Of a DNA stretch of 19,318 bases, positions 8,972-16,500 are shown in pieces (within the stretch, counting starts at the first letter, position 1; the number at the start of each line of letters is the position of its first letter). A model generated the notes under the pieces. That model saw only the letters and a list, made by a program, of their open reading frames with translations, was not told the origin of the DNA and did no database searches. Origin of the DNA: Candidatus Hermodarchaeota archaeon. GTDB taxonomy: Archaea; Asgardarchaeota; Lokiarchaeia; Sigyniarchaeales; SOKP01. Location of the stretch: assembly GCA_048885925.1 (NCBI GenBank), contig JBHLLG010000054.1, forward strand, positions 1-19,318, written 5' to 3'. The position numbers and the translations under genes were made by a program.

Positions 8972-9637
8972 CTACTCCTTTTTACCTTCTTTTAACCTCC
9001 TTAAAGCCTTCTGTTCCAATAACTTAGAATAAGTCTCCCATTTATCTTGGTCTCCTGGTTTTTTTCTTTCTATAACGAATCGACAATGATCCGCTCCAGC
9101 GGGGATGGTATACTTAAATTCTACTTGAAATTCAGATTTAAAAACATGATCTCTAAAATAATTAATAATTCCTTGAACCAAATATCGTTGTACTCGACAA
9201 TCAAAAGCAGAATAAATATCTTGCAGTGGGCACCATAAAATATCAAAAGAACATTTATCCTTACCCTCAATTTTAGGATCTTCTATTGATGTCCATGCTT
9301 GTGTATTAATTATAGTTGCTAAAAAACTCATTAATTCTATATCTGGAACATCTGCGGGGATTTCAACATTTTCAACGATTTGTCTTCCAACTTCATACCC
9401 TGTTTTTATTAATGCATCATTGACAGCATTCTGACCTTCAACTCCAAATCTTGACTCATTTTCTTTTAGAATATTAATAACAGCCATAGACATAAATAAT
9501 CCAAATTGAAGTAATGATGTTGAATCAAAATCACTACGATTTTGAACATCCTCCCTAAATCTAACCAAAGCTTTTTTAAAAGGTTCACCAAATTCGATAT
9601 TATTCCAATTTTTTTCTTCCCGTGGCGCTCCTTTCAA
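8972..9637 (-). CDS. ATC-hydrolase-like / V4R-like ligand-binding protein
   Basis: Conserved Cys pattern WCPLQDIY...FDCR...TIPAGADHCRFVI. The TTG start is uncertain. Confidence 0.6.
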   Translation of the reverse strand: MKGAPREEKNWNNIEFGEPFKKALVRFREDVQNRSDFDSTSLLQFGLFMSMAVINILKENESRFGVEGQNAVNDALIKTGYEVGRQIVENVEIPADVPDIELMSFLATIINTQAWTSIEDPKIEGKDKCSFDILWCPLQDIYSAFDCRVQRYLVQGIINYFRDHVFKSEFQVEFKYTIPAGADHCRFVIERKKPGDQDKWETYSKLLEQKALRRLKEGKKE

Positions 9638-9783
9638 AATTCCTCTTTCTTTCAGTTTACATCTCTCACTAGAATTTATGTAATAAAATTTAAGAATTTA
9701 TGAGATATAAAGTAAAGAGATATATATTAAGTTTTAAAATAATCAAATAATGCGACAATTAAAATTTAAAAATGTAATTTAAA

Positions 9784-10530
9784 ATGTATAAAATAGTACT
9801 TCTAAGACATGGGGAAAGTATTTGGAATAAAGAGAACAGATTTACTGGTTGGACTGATGTAGATCTCTCTGAAAAAGGAATTCAAGAAGCAAAAGAAGCT
9901 GCTAAATTATTGAAAGAGGGAGGATATACATTTGATATCGCTTATACATCAGTGCTTAAAAGAGGAATCCGAACATTATGGATTGTTTTAGAGGAGATGG
10001 ATTTAATGTGGATTCCAGTATATCGCTCTTGGAGATTAAATGAAAGACATTATGGTGCTTTACAAGGTCTCTTTAAATCAAAAATAGCAGTGGAATTCGG
10101 AGAAGAGCAAGTTCTTATCTGGAGACGAAGTTATGATATACCCCCACCTGCTCTTAAAACAAGCGATCCAAGATATCCTGGAAATGATCCAAAATATAGA
10201 GATTTGACTGCAGATGAAATTCCTTTAACTGAATGTTTGAAAGATACTGTTGAACGAGTATTGCCATATTGGCATGAAATAATTGCTCCTACTATAAAAT
10301 CAGGTAAAAATATCTTGATTTCAGCACATGGTAATAGTTTAAGAGCATTAGTTAAGTATCTTGACAATGTACCTAATGAAGAGATCGTTGAATTAAACAT
10401 ACCTACTGGAGTGCCCTTAATTTATGAATTAGATGGTGACTTAAAACCAATTACACATTATTATCTTGGTGATCCTGAGAAAATAGCACAAGCAATTGAA
10501 GCTGTAGCTTCTCAAGGAAAAGCAATATAA
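9784..10530 (+). CDS. gpmA: 2,3-bisphosphoglycerate-dependent phosphoglycerate mutase
   Basis: Motifs [46 protein letters not shown] and LNIPTG. Confidence 0.97.
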   Translation: MYKIVLLRHGESIWNKENRFTGWTDVDLSEKGIQEAKEAAKLLKEGGYTFDIAYTSVLKRGIRTLWIVLEEMDLMWIPVYRSWRLNERHYGALQGLFKSKIAVEFGEEQVLIWRRSYDIPPPALKTSDPRYPGNDPKYRDLTADEIPLTECLKDTVERVLPYWHEIIAPTIKSGKNILISAHGNSLRALVKYLDNVPNEEIVELNIPTGVPLIYELDGDLKPITHYYLGDPEKIAQAIEAVASQGKAI

Positions 10531-10577
10531 ATTAAATTTGTCAATGTTATAAAATTAATAAAAAAAATCTATTCAAA

Positions 10578-11123
10578 ATGAAATCAATAAAAAAAATTAT
10601 CTACAGAATTTTCATTTTCATAGCAATAATCTTATTTTTATCTAATTTCCAAGAACAACCAATAACAGTTAGAGCACAAACATATACTACTATTTCTGTT
10701 CAAGAGACATATTATATGATAAACAATAATACTCTCTATCCAGATCTTATTGTTTTAGATGTTAGAGAACAGTGGGAATATAATAATAATCATATATGTA
10801 ATTCTACCTTAATTCCATTAGCAGAGCTTGCATCTAGATTAAATGAATTAGAACCATACAACAATACAGAGATAATCGTTTATTGCCGCACTGGTGGTAG
10901 AAGTGCTTCAGCAAGTCAAATTCTTGTTAATAATGGATTTACAAAAGTGTACAACATGGATGGTGGTATTACCGAATGGATATCTGCTGGATATGAAGTA
11001 TGTCCAGAGGAAAATGACCAAACAGCTTCACCCTCTAAAATTAGTTTTACATTTAATTCATTTCTAGCAATCTTTTTAGGAAGCAGTTTAGCTTTTATAA
11101 TAATTTTGAAAAAGAAATTATAA
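10578..11123 (+). CDS. Exported rhodanese-domain protein with C-terminal membrane anchor
   Basis: Signal peptide; LDVRE..EY...HI; active loop YCRTGGRS; MDGGITEW; tail KISF-TM-KKKL. Confidence 0.88.
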   Translation: MKSIKKIIYRIFIFIAIILFLSNFQEQPITVRAQTYTTISVQETYYMINNNTLYPDLIVLDVREQWEYNNNHICNSTLIPLAELASRLNELEPYNNTEIIVYCRTGGRSASASQILVNNGFTKVYNMDGGITEWISAGYEVCPEENDQTASPSKISFTFNSFLAIFLGSSLAFIIILKKKL

Positions 11124-11149
11124 AAAAAAAAGAAATAATTTTAATTTTA

Positions 11150-11458
11150 TTACCACTGCATTCCCATTAATTTAAAGGAATCTGTTACGCCCATTACTGA
11201 TTCAACTTGAATATTATAACCTTCAATACTCGAAAATGGCATGAAATACTTAAATATTTCTAACCCCGCTTCTTCTGCTTTCCCTCTTTCAGTATAAATT
11301 ATGTGATATTGCTTCATTCCATCCTTTCCAGCTGACGTATTGAAGGCTCGCCATTTTGTTACATGAGGGGGGAGATCTCTCGGTTGTTTCAAATACAATT
11401 TTGCGATTTCAGTAGCTTTATGCGTTGGATAATAGATGGTGACCATAATTATTCCCAT
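11150..11458 (-). CDS. Hypothetical small alpha/beta protein
   Basis: 102-aa ORF preceded by GAGGTG (SD-like), with an oligo-T downstream on the minus strand. Confidence 0.75.
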   Translation of the reverse strand: MGIIMVTIYYPTHKATEIAKLYLKQPRDLPPHVTKWRAFNTSAGKDGMKQYHIIYTERGKAEEAGLEIFKYFMPFSSIEGYNIQVESVMGVTDSFKLMGMQW

Positions 11459-11620
11459 AATTCATTAACACCTCTTTCTAATTATTTAAGAATTGGATTT
11501 AAACGTAATTAAAACCTTAAATTAATATTATTTAAAAGTTATCATTTTTGTAAAATTTTTTTTAACAAAAACTTTAAAATTTAAACTAATTTTTTAAAAT
11601 AGGACGAGAGGTTTTTTAAT

Positions 11621-12409
11621 ATGGTTAAAAAGTCATTAATAGATAATCCAGTGGTTTCTAATATTGTTTTCTATCCACGAAAAACACCAGTACCCCCTAT
11701 TTTTGATGCCAATATTAAAATATTAAAATTTAATATCAATAAAAACATTATGATAGGTGGATTTTTCTACTTGAATGATCCTGCTTTACCTACAATTTTA
11801 TTATTCCATGGAAATGGAGAAATAGCTGCTGATTATAAATATTTTTTAGATTTATTTTTTGATTGTAATGTAAACTTAGCAGTAGTTGATTTTCGTGGGT
11901 ATGGATTTAGTTCAGGTAAACCAGTATATAGTAGTTTAATTTCTGATGCACTCCCCATTTATAATGAATTCTATAAATGGATGACTAAAAATAATTTGAT
12001 AGACTCACTATTTGTCTTAGGACGTTCTCTGGGAAGTGTTTGTGCTGCTGAAATTGGTGCTCATAATCCAGACACCCTTCGAGGCATAATCTTTGAAAGT
12101 GGTTTTGCAAGTATGTATAATATAATGACAAGATTATTCAGAGTGACTGGTAAAGGAGTTACCCCTGAGGGATTGATTGAATATTCAAATGATACAAGAA
12201 TTAGGAAGTTTAAAAAACCAGTCTTGATTATTCATGGTACTGAAGATTGGATTATTCCATGTGAAGAAGGAAAATTAATATATGACAATTTACCTAAAGA
12301 AATTGAAAAGAAATTAATTTTGATTGAAGATGCTGGTCATAATAATATCTTTTCATTTAAAGAAGATTATATTACTCCACTGAAAGATTTTATCAAAAAA
12401 AATAAATAA
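11621..12409 (+). CDS. Alpha/beta hydrolase (ABHD13/BEM46-like)
   Basis: FHGNGE, DFRGYG, nucleophile elbow GRSLG, IHGTEDWII and AGHN give a Ser-Asp-His triad. Confidence 0.9.
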   Translation: MVKKSLIDNPVVSNIVFYPRKTPVPPIFDANIKILKFNINKNIMIGGFFYLNDPALPTILLFHGNGEIAADYKYFLDLFFDCNVNLAVVDFRGYGFSSGKPVYSSLISDALPIYNEFYKWMTKNNLIDSLFVLGRSLGSVCAAEIGAHNPDTLRGIIFESGFASMYNIMTRLFRVTGKGVTPEGLIEYSNDTRIRKFKKPVLIIHGTEDWIIPCEEGKLIYDNLPKEIEKKLILIEDAGHNNIFSFKEDYITPLKDFIKKNK

Positions 12410-12516
12410 TAATTTAAGCAGTTTTCTCAATTAAAAATTGGACTAAGGATCCTTTTTTTATAATATCTATTTGTATTTAATCAGATAAAATAATTCTTTT
12501 TGCGTGTGAACTATAA

Positions 12517-12834
12517 TTGCCTGATAAATTTTATAATTTCTGTCCTTATTGCGGGAAAAAGTTACCCAATCATAATAAGTATTCCAGAAATTTTTGTTGT
12601 TTTTGTGGAGTAAAATTAAAAAAAGAGAACTCAACCCCAATAAAAAAAGTTCAATGTACTATTTGTCATAAAATTGTTGACCCTAATAAGCATCAAGTAA
12701 TTAATTGCTCATTTTGTGGAAGTATGTATCATAATTCTTGCGTATCATCTTGGCTCGCAAAATATAATTCATGTCCTTTGTGTCAAAATGTTTTTTTATT
12801 TCCAAATAAGATCCTAACTTTAAGCAATTATTAA
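12517..12834 (+). CDS. Zinc ribbon plus RING-type (C4HC3) finger protein, candidate ubiquitin E3
   Basis: CPYC..CCFC ribbon followed by C-x2-C-x13-C-x2-C-x4-H-x2-C-x3-W-x6-CPLC. Confidence 0.75.
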   Translation: MPDKFYNFCPYCGKKLPNHNKYSRNFCCFCGVKLKKENSTPIKKVQCTICHKIVDPNKHQVINCSFCGSMYHNSCVSSWLAKYNSCPLCQNVFLFPNKILTLSNY

Positions 12835-12853
12835 AAAAAGAAAAAAAAATTCT

Positions 12854-13486
12854 TTATTTATTTAAAATAAAGAGTCCTGTTTCTACAAACCAGAAAAGGT
12901 TTGCAAAAAGAAATAACCACTCAGCAACAGCTTTAGCTTCAACAAGTAAAGTTGGTTCTACTCTATTAATTATAAATAGTATCAAGTACAGAAAAAAAAA
13001 GAAGGCAACAATTACATTCAATAGTGCTTGCCATCGAGGGAAATCTGACAATTTATACTCCAGATACGCATAACTAAGTAAATATAAAATCCCTGGAAAG
13101 AAAAAAATGTATTGAGCAAGAGTGTGCATAACATACCAATCTCTTACATTGAATGACGCTAAAATTATGAGTCCTATAGCCGAAATAAGTCCTAAAATAC
13201 AAGCAATTCCAGTTCCCTTAGGAGAAGCACCCTTTTCCTGCAAATATCTAGTAAAACCTAGTATAAACATTATCATAAATAACCCAGTTATGATCCAACA
13301 GATTATAAAGAAATAAGCAAAATCATTCTCACCTGGTACAGCCAAATCACTTATAAAAACAGTCAAGAAATTGAAGTTCGTATGAACTAACATTGCCGGA
13401 ATCACACCAATAAGAAAAATGACAACTCCTATAATCCCAAAATAACTTGCATGAAGTTTTTCGAATATCTTATCTAATTTTTCCAT
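12854..13486 (-). CDS. Polytopic membrane protein, DUF998 / Frag1-DRAM-Sfk1-like
   Basis: About 6 TM helices; FISDL after TM1, MH after TM3 and EW in the last helix. Confidence 0.7.
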   Translation of the reverse strand: MEKLDKIFEKLHASYFGIIGVVIFLIGVIPAMLVHTNFNFLTVFISDLAVPGENDFAYFFIICWIITGLFMIMFILGFTRYLQEKGASPKGTGIACILGLISAIGLIILASFNVRDWYVMHTLAQYIFFFPGILYLLSYAYLEYKLSDFPRWQALLNVIVAFFFFLYLILFIINRVEPTLLVEAKAVAEWLFLFANLFWFVETGLFILNK

Positions 13487-13572
13487 GATTTTTTATCAAT
13501 CTGATTTTAACATTAATTTTTAAGAATATATAGATCAGAACTGATATTTATATTTATTAAAATAAGGTATAT

Positions 13573-13803
13573 TTACTCAAAAAGAAATTCAGATAATAGA
13601 ATTTGTTTAAATTTTGAATCTTTTTCTTCAAAGGGTATTCTTTCTTCACCACAATATATATTAGGGGGAGATTCTTTCTTAAATAAGGCCGAAAAAGGGA
13701 TAATTAAATTCGAAATATCAAGAATTTTTTCAGAGACATGTGGTTTACGATTAATAATTTCTATCTCTCTATTTAATACATCAATGCCCATTTTTAATCT
13801 CAC
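13573..13803 (-). CDS. Small hypothetical protein, paralog of the adjacent ORF
   Basis: Shares ISNLII..P..IY..K[FY]KQIL..EFL with 13892-14176. Confidence 0.65.
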   Translation of the reverse strand: MRLKMGIDVLNREIEIINRKPHVSEKILDISNLIIPFSALFKKESPPNIYCGEERIPFEEKDSKFKQILLSEFLFE

Positions 13804-13891
13804 ACTGATTTCTACTTAATATTCTAAGAAGATTTCATCTATTTTAATTAAAAGACCCGATAAATTTAGTGAAAAATAAAAATTAAGGTTT

Positions 13892-14176
13892 CTAATCAAT
13901 TAAAAATTCAGTTTTCAAAATTTGTTTATATTTAGGATTATGTCTTTTTTCTGAATAAATTATCCTATGTGAATAAATATCAATTGGAAGTTTATCATTG
14001 TAAATATTTAAAATTAAAATTATTAGATTTGAAATAGTATTAAAGCAAGCAAGAGAATTTTTACTATTAAATAATTCAGCTACAAGTTTGTAAAGAAGAT
14101 TGAATTTCTTCTTTTGGAGGATTTTGTCATTAATAGAACTAGGTGGTTTGAAAATATTTCTTAAAAAACTCCGCAT
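13892..14176 (-). CDS. Small hypothetical protein, paralog of the adjacent ORF (start uncertain)
   Basis: Same motif set as 13573-13803. The called start overlaps the MBL gene by 38 bp, and the ATG at 14130 is out of frame. Confidence 0.55.
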   Translation of the reverse strand: MRSFLRNIFKPPSSINDKILQKKKFNLLYKLVAELFNSKNSLACFNTISNLIILILNIYNDKLPIDIYSHRIIYSEKRHNPKYKQILKTEFLID

Positions 14177-14975
14177 TTTCTTTTAGTTGCTTTTTTGAGC
14201 AAATTTTTCCATGCCCGGGGACATATATTTCAATGTCTTTTTCAGCATAATACATTAAAGTACGACATAATCGTTCAGAATTAGCAGGAACAGGTGCAGG
14301 ATTAGTGGTTGTAGCCCAATTAGGGTCTGTTTCCTCAAATAATAAGTCTGACATAAAAACTACTTTTTCTTTTTCAAAGTAGGCAATCAAATCTCCTGGT
14401 GTATGGGCATCTCCTATGTAAATTATCTGAACTTTATTCTCTGTCCCTTCTATTATGATCGAATCGTTTATAATGAAATCTGGAGGTCTTAATTTGAAAT
14501 TGGGCTCAAGAATTTCAGTATAAGTCTTAATATCATTATTCATTTCAAGAATCTTATCTGGATTAGTCTCTTTTTCTACTTCTTCCTTTATTCTTTTTAA
14601 TTCTTGAGTAGCAATTCCTCTATACCGTTTAAGAGAATTTTCAAGATTTTCCTGATGTTCTGATAAAGTCATTGAACTACTAATAATAGGTATTTCTATT
14701 GGAAATTTACGGTTCCCAAATAAATGATCCCAATGAAAATGGCTATTAATTAAAAAAGAAGGATCCTTTTTAGTATATTTTTTAGATGCCCTAATGAGGT
14801 CTTCAGTCGCGAATGGATCCATAATTGTATCGAAAATAATTACATAATTTCCAAGATCAAAAATACCCGCATTCGATGATGGTAGTTTTTCGGCTGTTAT
14901 TGCAGCATAAATTCCCTTACTTAGTTCATACAAATCAAAATAAATTGACTCAAAATCTAATTTTTTCATATCCAT
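14139..14975 (-). CDS. MBL-fold metallo-hydrolase (glyoxalase II/cyclase-like)
   Basis: Motifs NAG, DT, NSHFHWDHLFGN, AHTPGD, SDLLF and VPGHG. Confidence 0.9.
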   Translation of the reverse strand: MDMKKLDFESIYFDLYELSKGIYAAITAEKLPSSNAGIFDLGNYVIIFDTIMDPFATEDLIRASKKYTKKDPSFLINSHFHWDHLFGNRKFPIEIPIISSSMTLSEHQENLENSLKRYRGIATQELKRIKEEVEKETNPDKILEMNNDIKTYTEILEPNFKLRPPDFIINDSIIIEGTENKVQIIYIGDAHTPGDLIAYFEKEKVVFMSDLLFEETDPNWATTTNPAPVPANSERLCRTLMYYAEKDIEIYVPGHGKICSKKQLKENAEFFKKYFQTT

Positions 14976-15006
14976 ATTTTCTCACCACATTATATTTGAT
15001 AAAATT

Positions 15007-15318
15007 TTAATCTGATATTCTTTCTATTTTAAAGCATACAGGTCGGATTCCGTCAGGACATGCAGTATAAACAATGCTTTCTCCTGTCCAATCAGAAAAA
15101 TTACCTCCGCGCTGTAAAATATTCACATTTTTGTATAAACCATACCATGCATGATGACAAAATCCCTCTGGCATATCTCCTGTATCATCTACAACAAATT
15201 CTAAACCTTCGTTCATACCACATTTAGTAATTGGATTCCCATTAGAGCGTATAAATTTATGTCCGAGAACGTCTTCTGGACTAAATTGTTTTATTACGGT
15301 AATTTTTACACTCGTCAT
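15007..15318 (-). CDS. TIGR04076-family protein
   Basis: Motifs VKITVIK, C...G.EF, PEGFCHHAW and ACPDGIRPVCFKIERI. Confidence 0.85.
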   Translation of the reverse strand: MTSVKITVIKQFSPEDVLGHKFIRSNGNPITKCGMNEGLEFVVDDTGDMPEGFCHHAWYGLYKNVNILQRGGNFSDWTGESIVYTACPDGIRPVCFKIERISD

Positions 15319-15680
15319 ATTCTTATTCTCTCTGTAGTAAATTTAAGAAATTATGAAATTTGCTTTATGATATCTTAAATAGTGAATTTTAATAATTTAT
15401 AGTTTAAACTATTGAACTACAACGGAAGTTAGAATAAAAGGCGAACTTTAAAATGATTTACATCGAAAAATAAAAAGAAAAATATATAAAAAAATGAACT
15501 CCTTTTTTATTCTTAACTTATTTTTAAACTACCCTCGTAAAGTGAAGAAGATAGTGAATAAAATAAAATCATTTTTTTATAATCATTTACTTAAAGAAAA
15601 AGAATATTATTAATATCATAAACACTTAAATTATGTTTAAAAAATAATAAGGAAAAGATAATTTAAAATATATTTCAAAT

Positions 15681-16040
15681 ATGAGCTACCTGCAATTGTA
15701 CATTTATCGCATAAAAAAGGAAAAACGCACTATGTTCTTAGATAATATTCGGAAAGCGAAATTACTTTATCAAAAATATGGTGCTGAAGGAGAAGAACTG
15801 TTTTTATTGCACGAGAAGATTCCTAAGTATGGAGTAGCAGGAATGTGGGATATAATACCTTTAGAAAATAAAGAAGAATTATGGATTGGGATTTGTCGAT
15901 TCAAAGATAAAGAACATTGTGAAAATGTAATGAAAAAAGTTGACGAAGATCCCGAAACTAAAATTTTATACGATCAATTCGTTAATTCTATCTGTGAAGC
16001 ATCTCGAGTGATCCGAGGCGAATTCGAAAAACCTTATTAA
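15681..16040 (+). CDS. DUF1428 (YbaA)-like dimeric alpha/beta barrel protein
   Basis: Pattern MSY...Y...K.....F......A...Y.KYGA...F.DKEH...VMKKV.EDP...RVIRGEF. Confidence 0.6.
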   Translation: MSYLQLYIYRIKKEKRTMFLDNIRKAKLLYQKYGAEGEELFLLHEKIPKYGVAGMWDIIPLENKEELWIGICRFKDKEHCENVMKKVDEDPETKILYDQFVNSICEASRVIRGEFEKPY

Positions 16041-16242
16041 ATAAATTTCACTCAAGAGTTAATTTTAGATTATTAAAAACTATTTTAAAAAAATCTATTA
16101 ATTATTACGAAAAAGCAGAAGAACAAGTTATAAATAAAAGAGACATATTTATATCTATAGAATATCTTCCGATTTATTAGTTTTAAATATTATCAATATT
16201 GAAGTTATTTGGATAACTATTTAATTCTGATAGAAAAATAAT

Positions 16243-16318
16243 TCTAAGAGTTTTTTAATGAAGGGGGATTAGGACTTTCCTTCTTAAACGATATTCCGCA
16301 TAAGGGACACGTCATATA
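16243..16318 (+). repeat. 76-bp direct repeat, copy 1
   Basis: 72/76 identical to 18615-18690, ungapped, offset 2372 bp. Confidence 0.95.
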
Positions 16319-16384
16319 GTTATCATAGATTATAATAAATGGACTAAAACATCGAGGACAATAATAATTAGAATGTTTGTTCAT
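16244..16384 (-). CDS. 46-aa zinc-ribbon microprotein
   Basis: Below the ORF-track cutoff: MNKHSNYYCPRCFSPFIIIYDNYMTCPLCGISFKKESPNPPSLKNS*, with CxxC-x13-CxxC. Three of the 4 differences from its second copy are synonymous in this frame. Confidence 0.75.
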   Translation of the reverse strand: MNKHSNYYCPRCFSPFIIIYDNYMTCPLCGISFKKESPNPPSLKNS

Positions 16385-16500
16385 ATAAAAGATTCTAATT
16401 GTACCTTTAAAAACTCTCCAAAATAATAAGTCTTATAAATTACTTGATAATATTTTTATATTCTAAAGTTATATATATATAATAATTTTGCTTTAGAATT

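Noticed and set aside
7920-9637. SagB-like dehydrogenase near an ATC-hydrolase-like gene as a possible thiazole/oxazole RiPP cluster
   Set aside because: No YcaO, E1-like protein, precursor peptide or exporter is present. Stand-alone SagB-type nitroreductases are common in archaea.
15413-15520. Integron attC-like site
   Set aside because: The GTT.../...AAC cores are in the wrong order for attC, and there is no integrase or cassette array.
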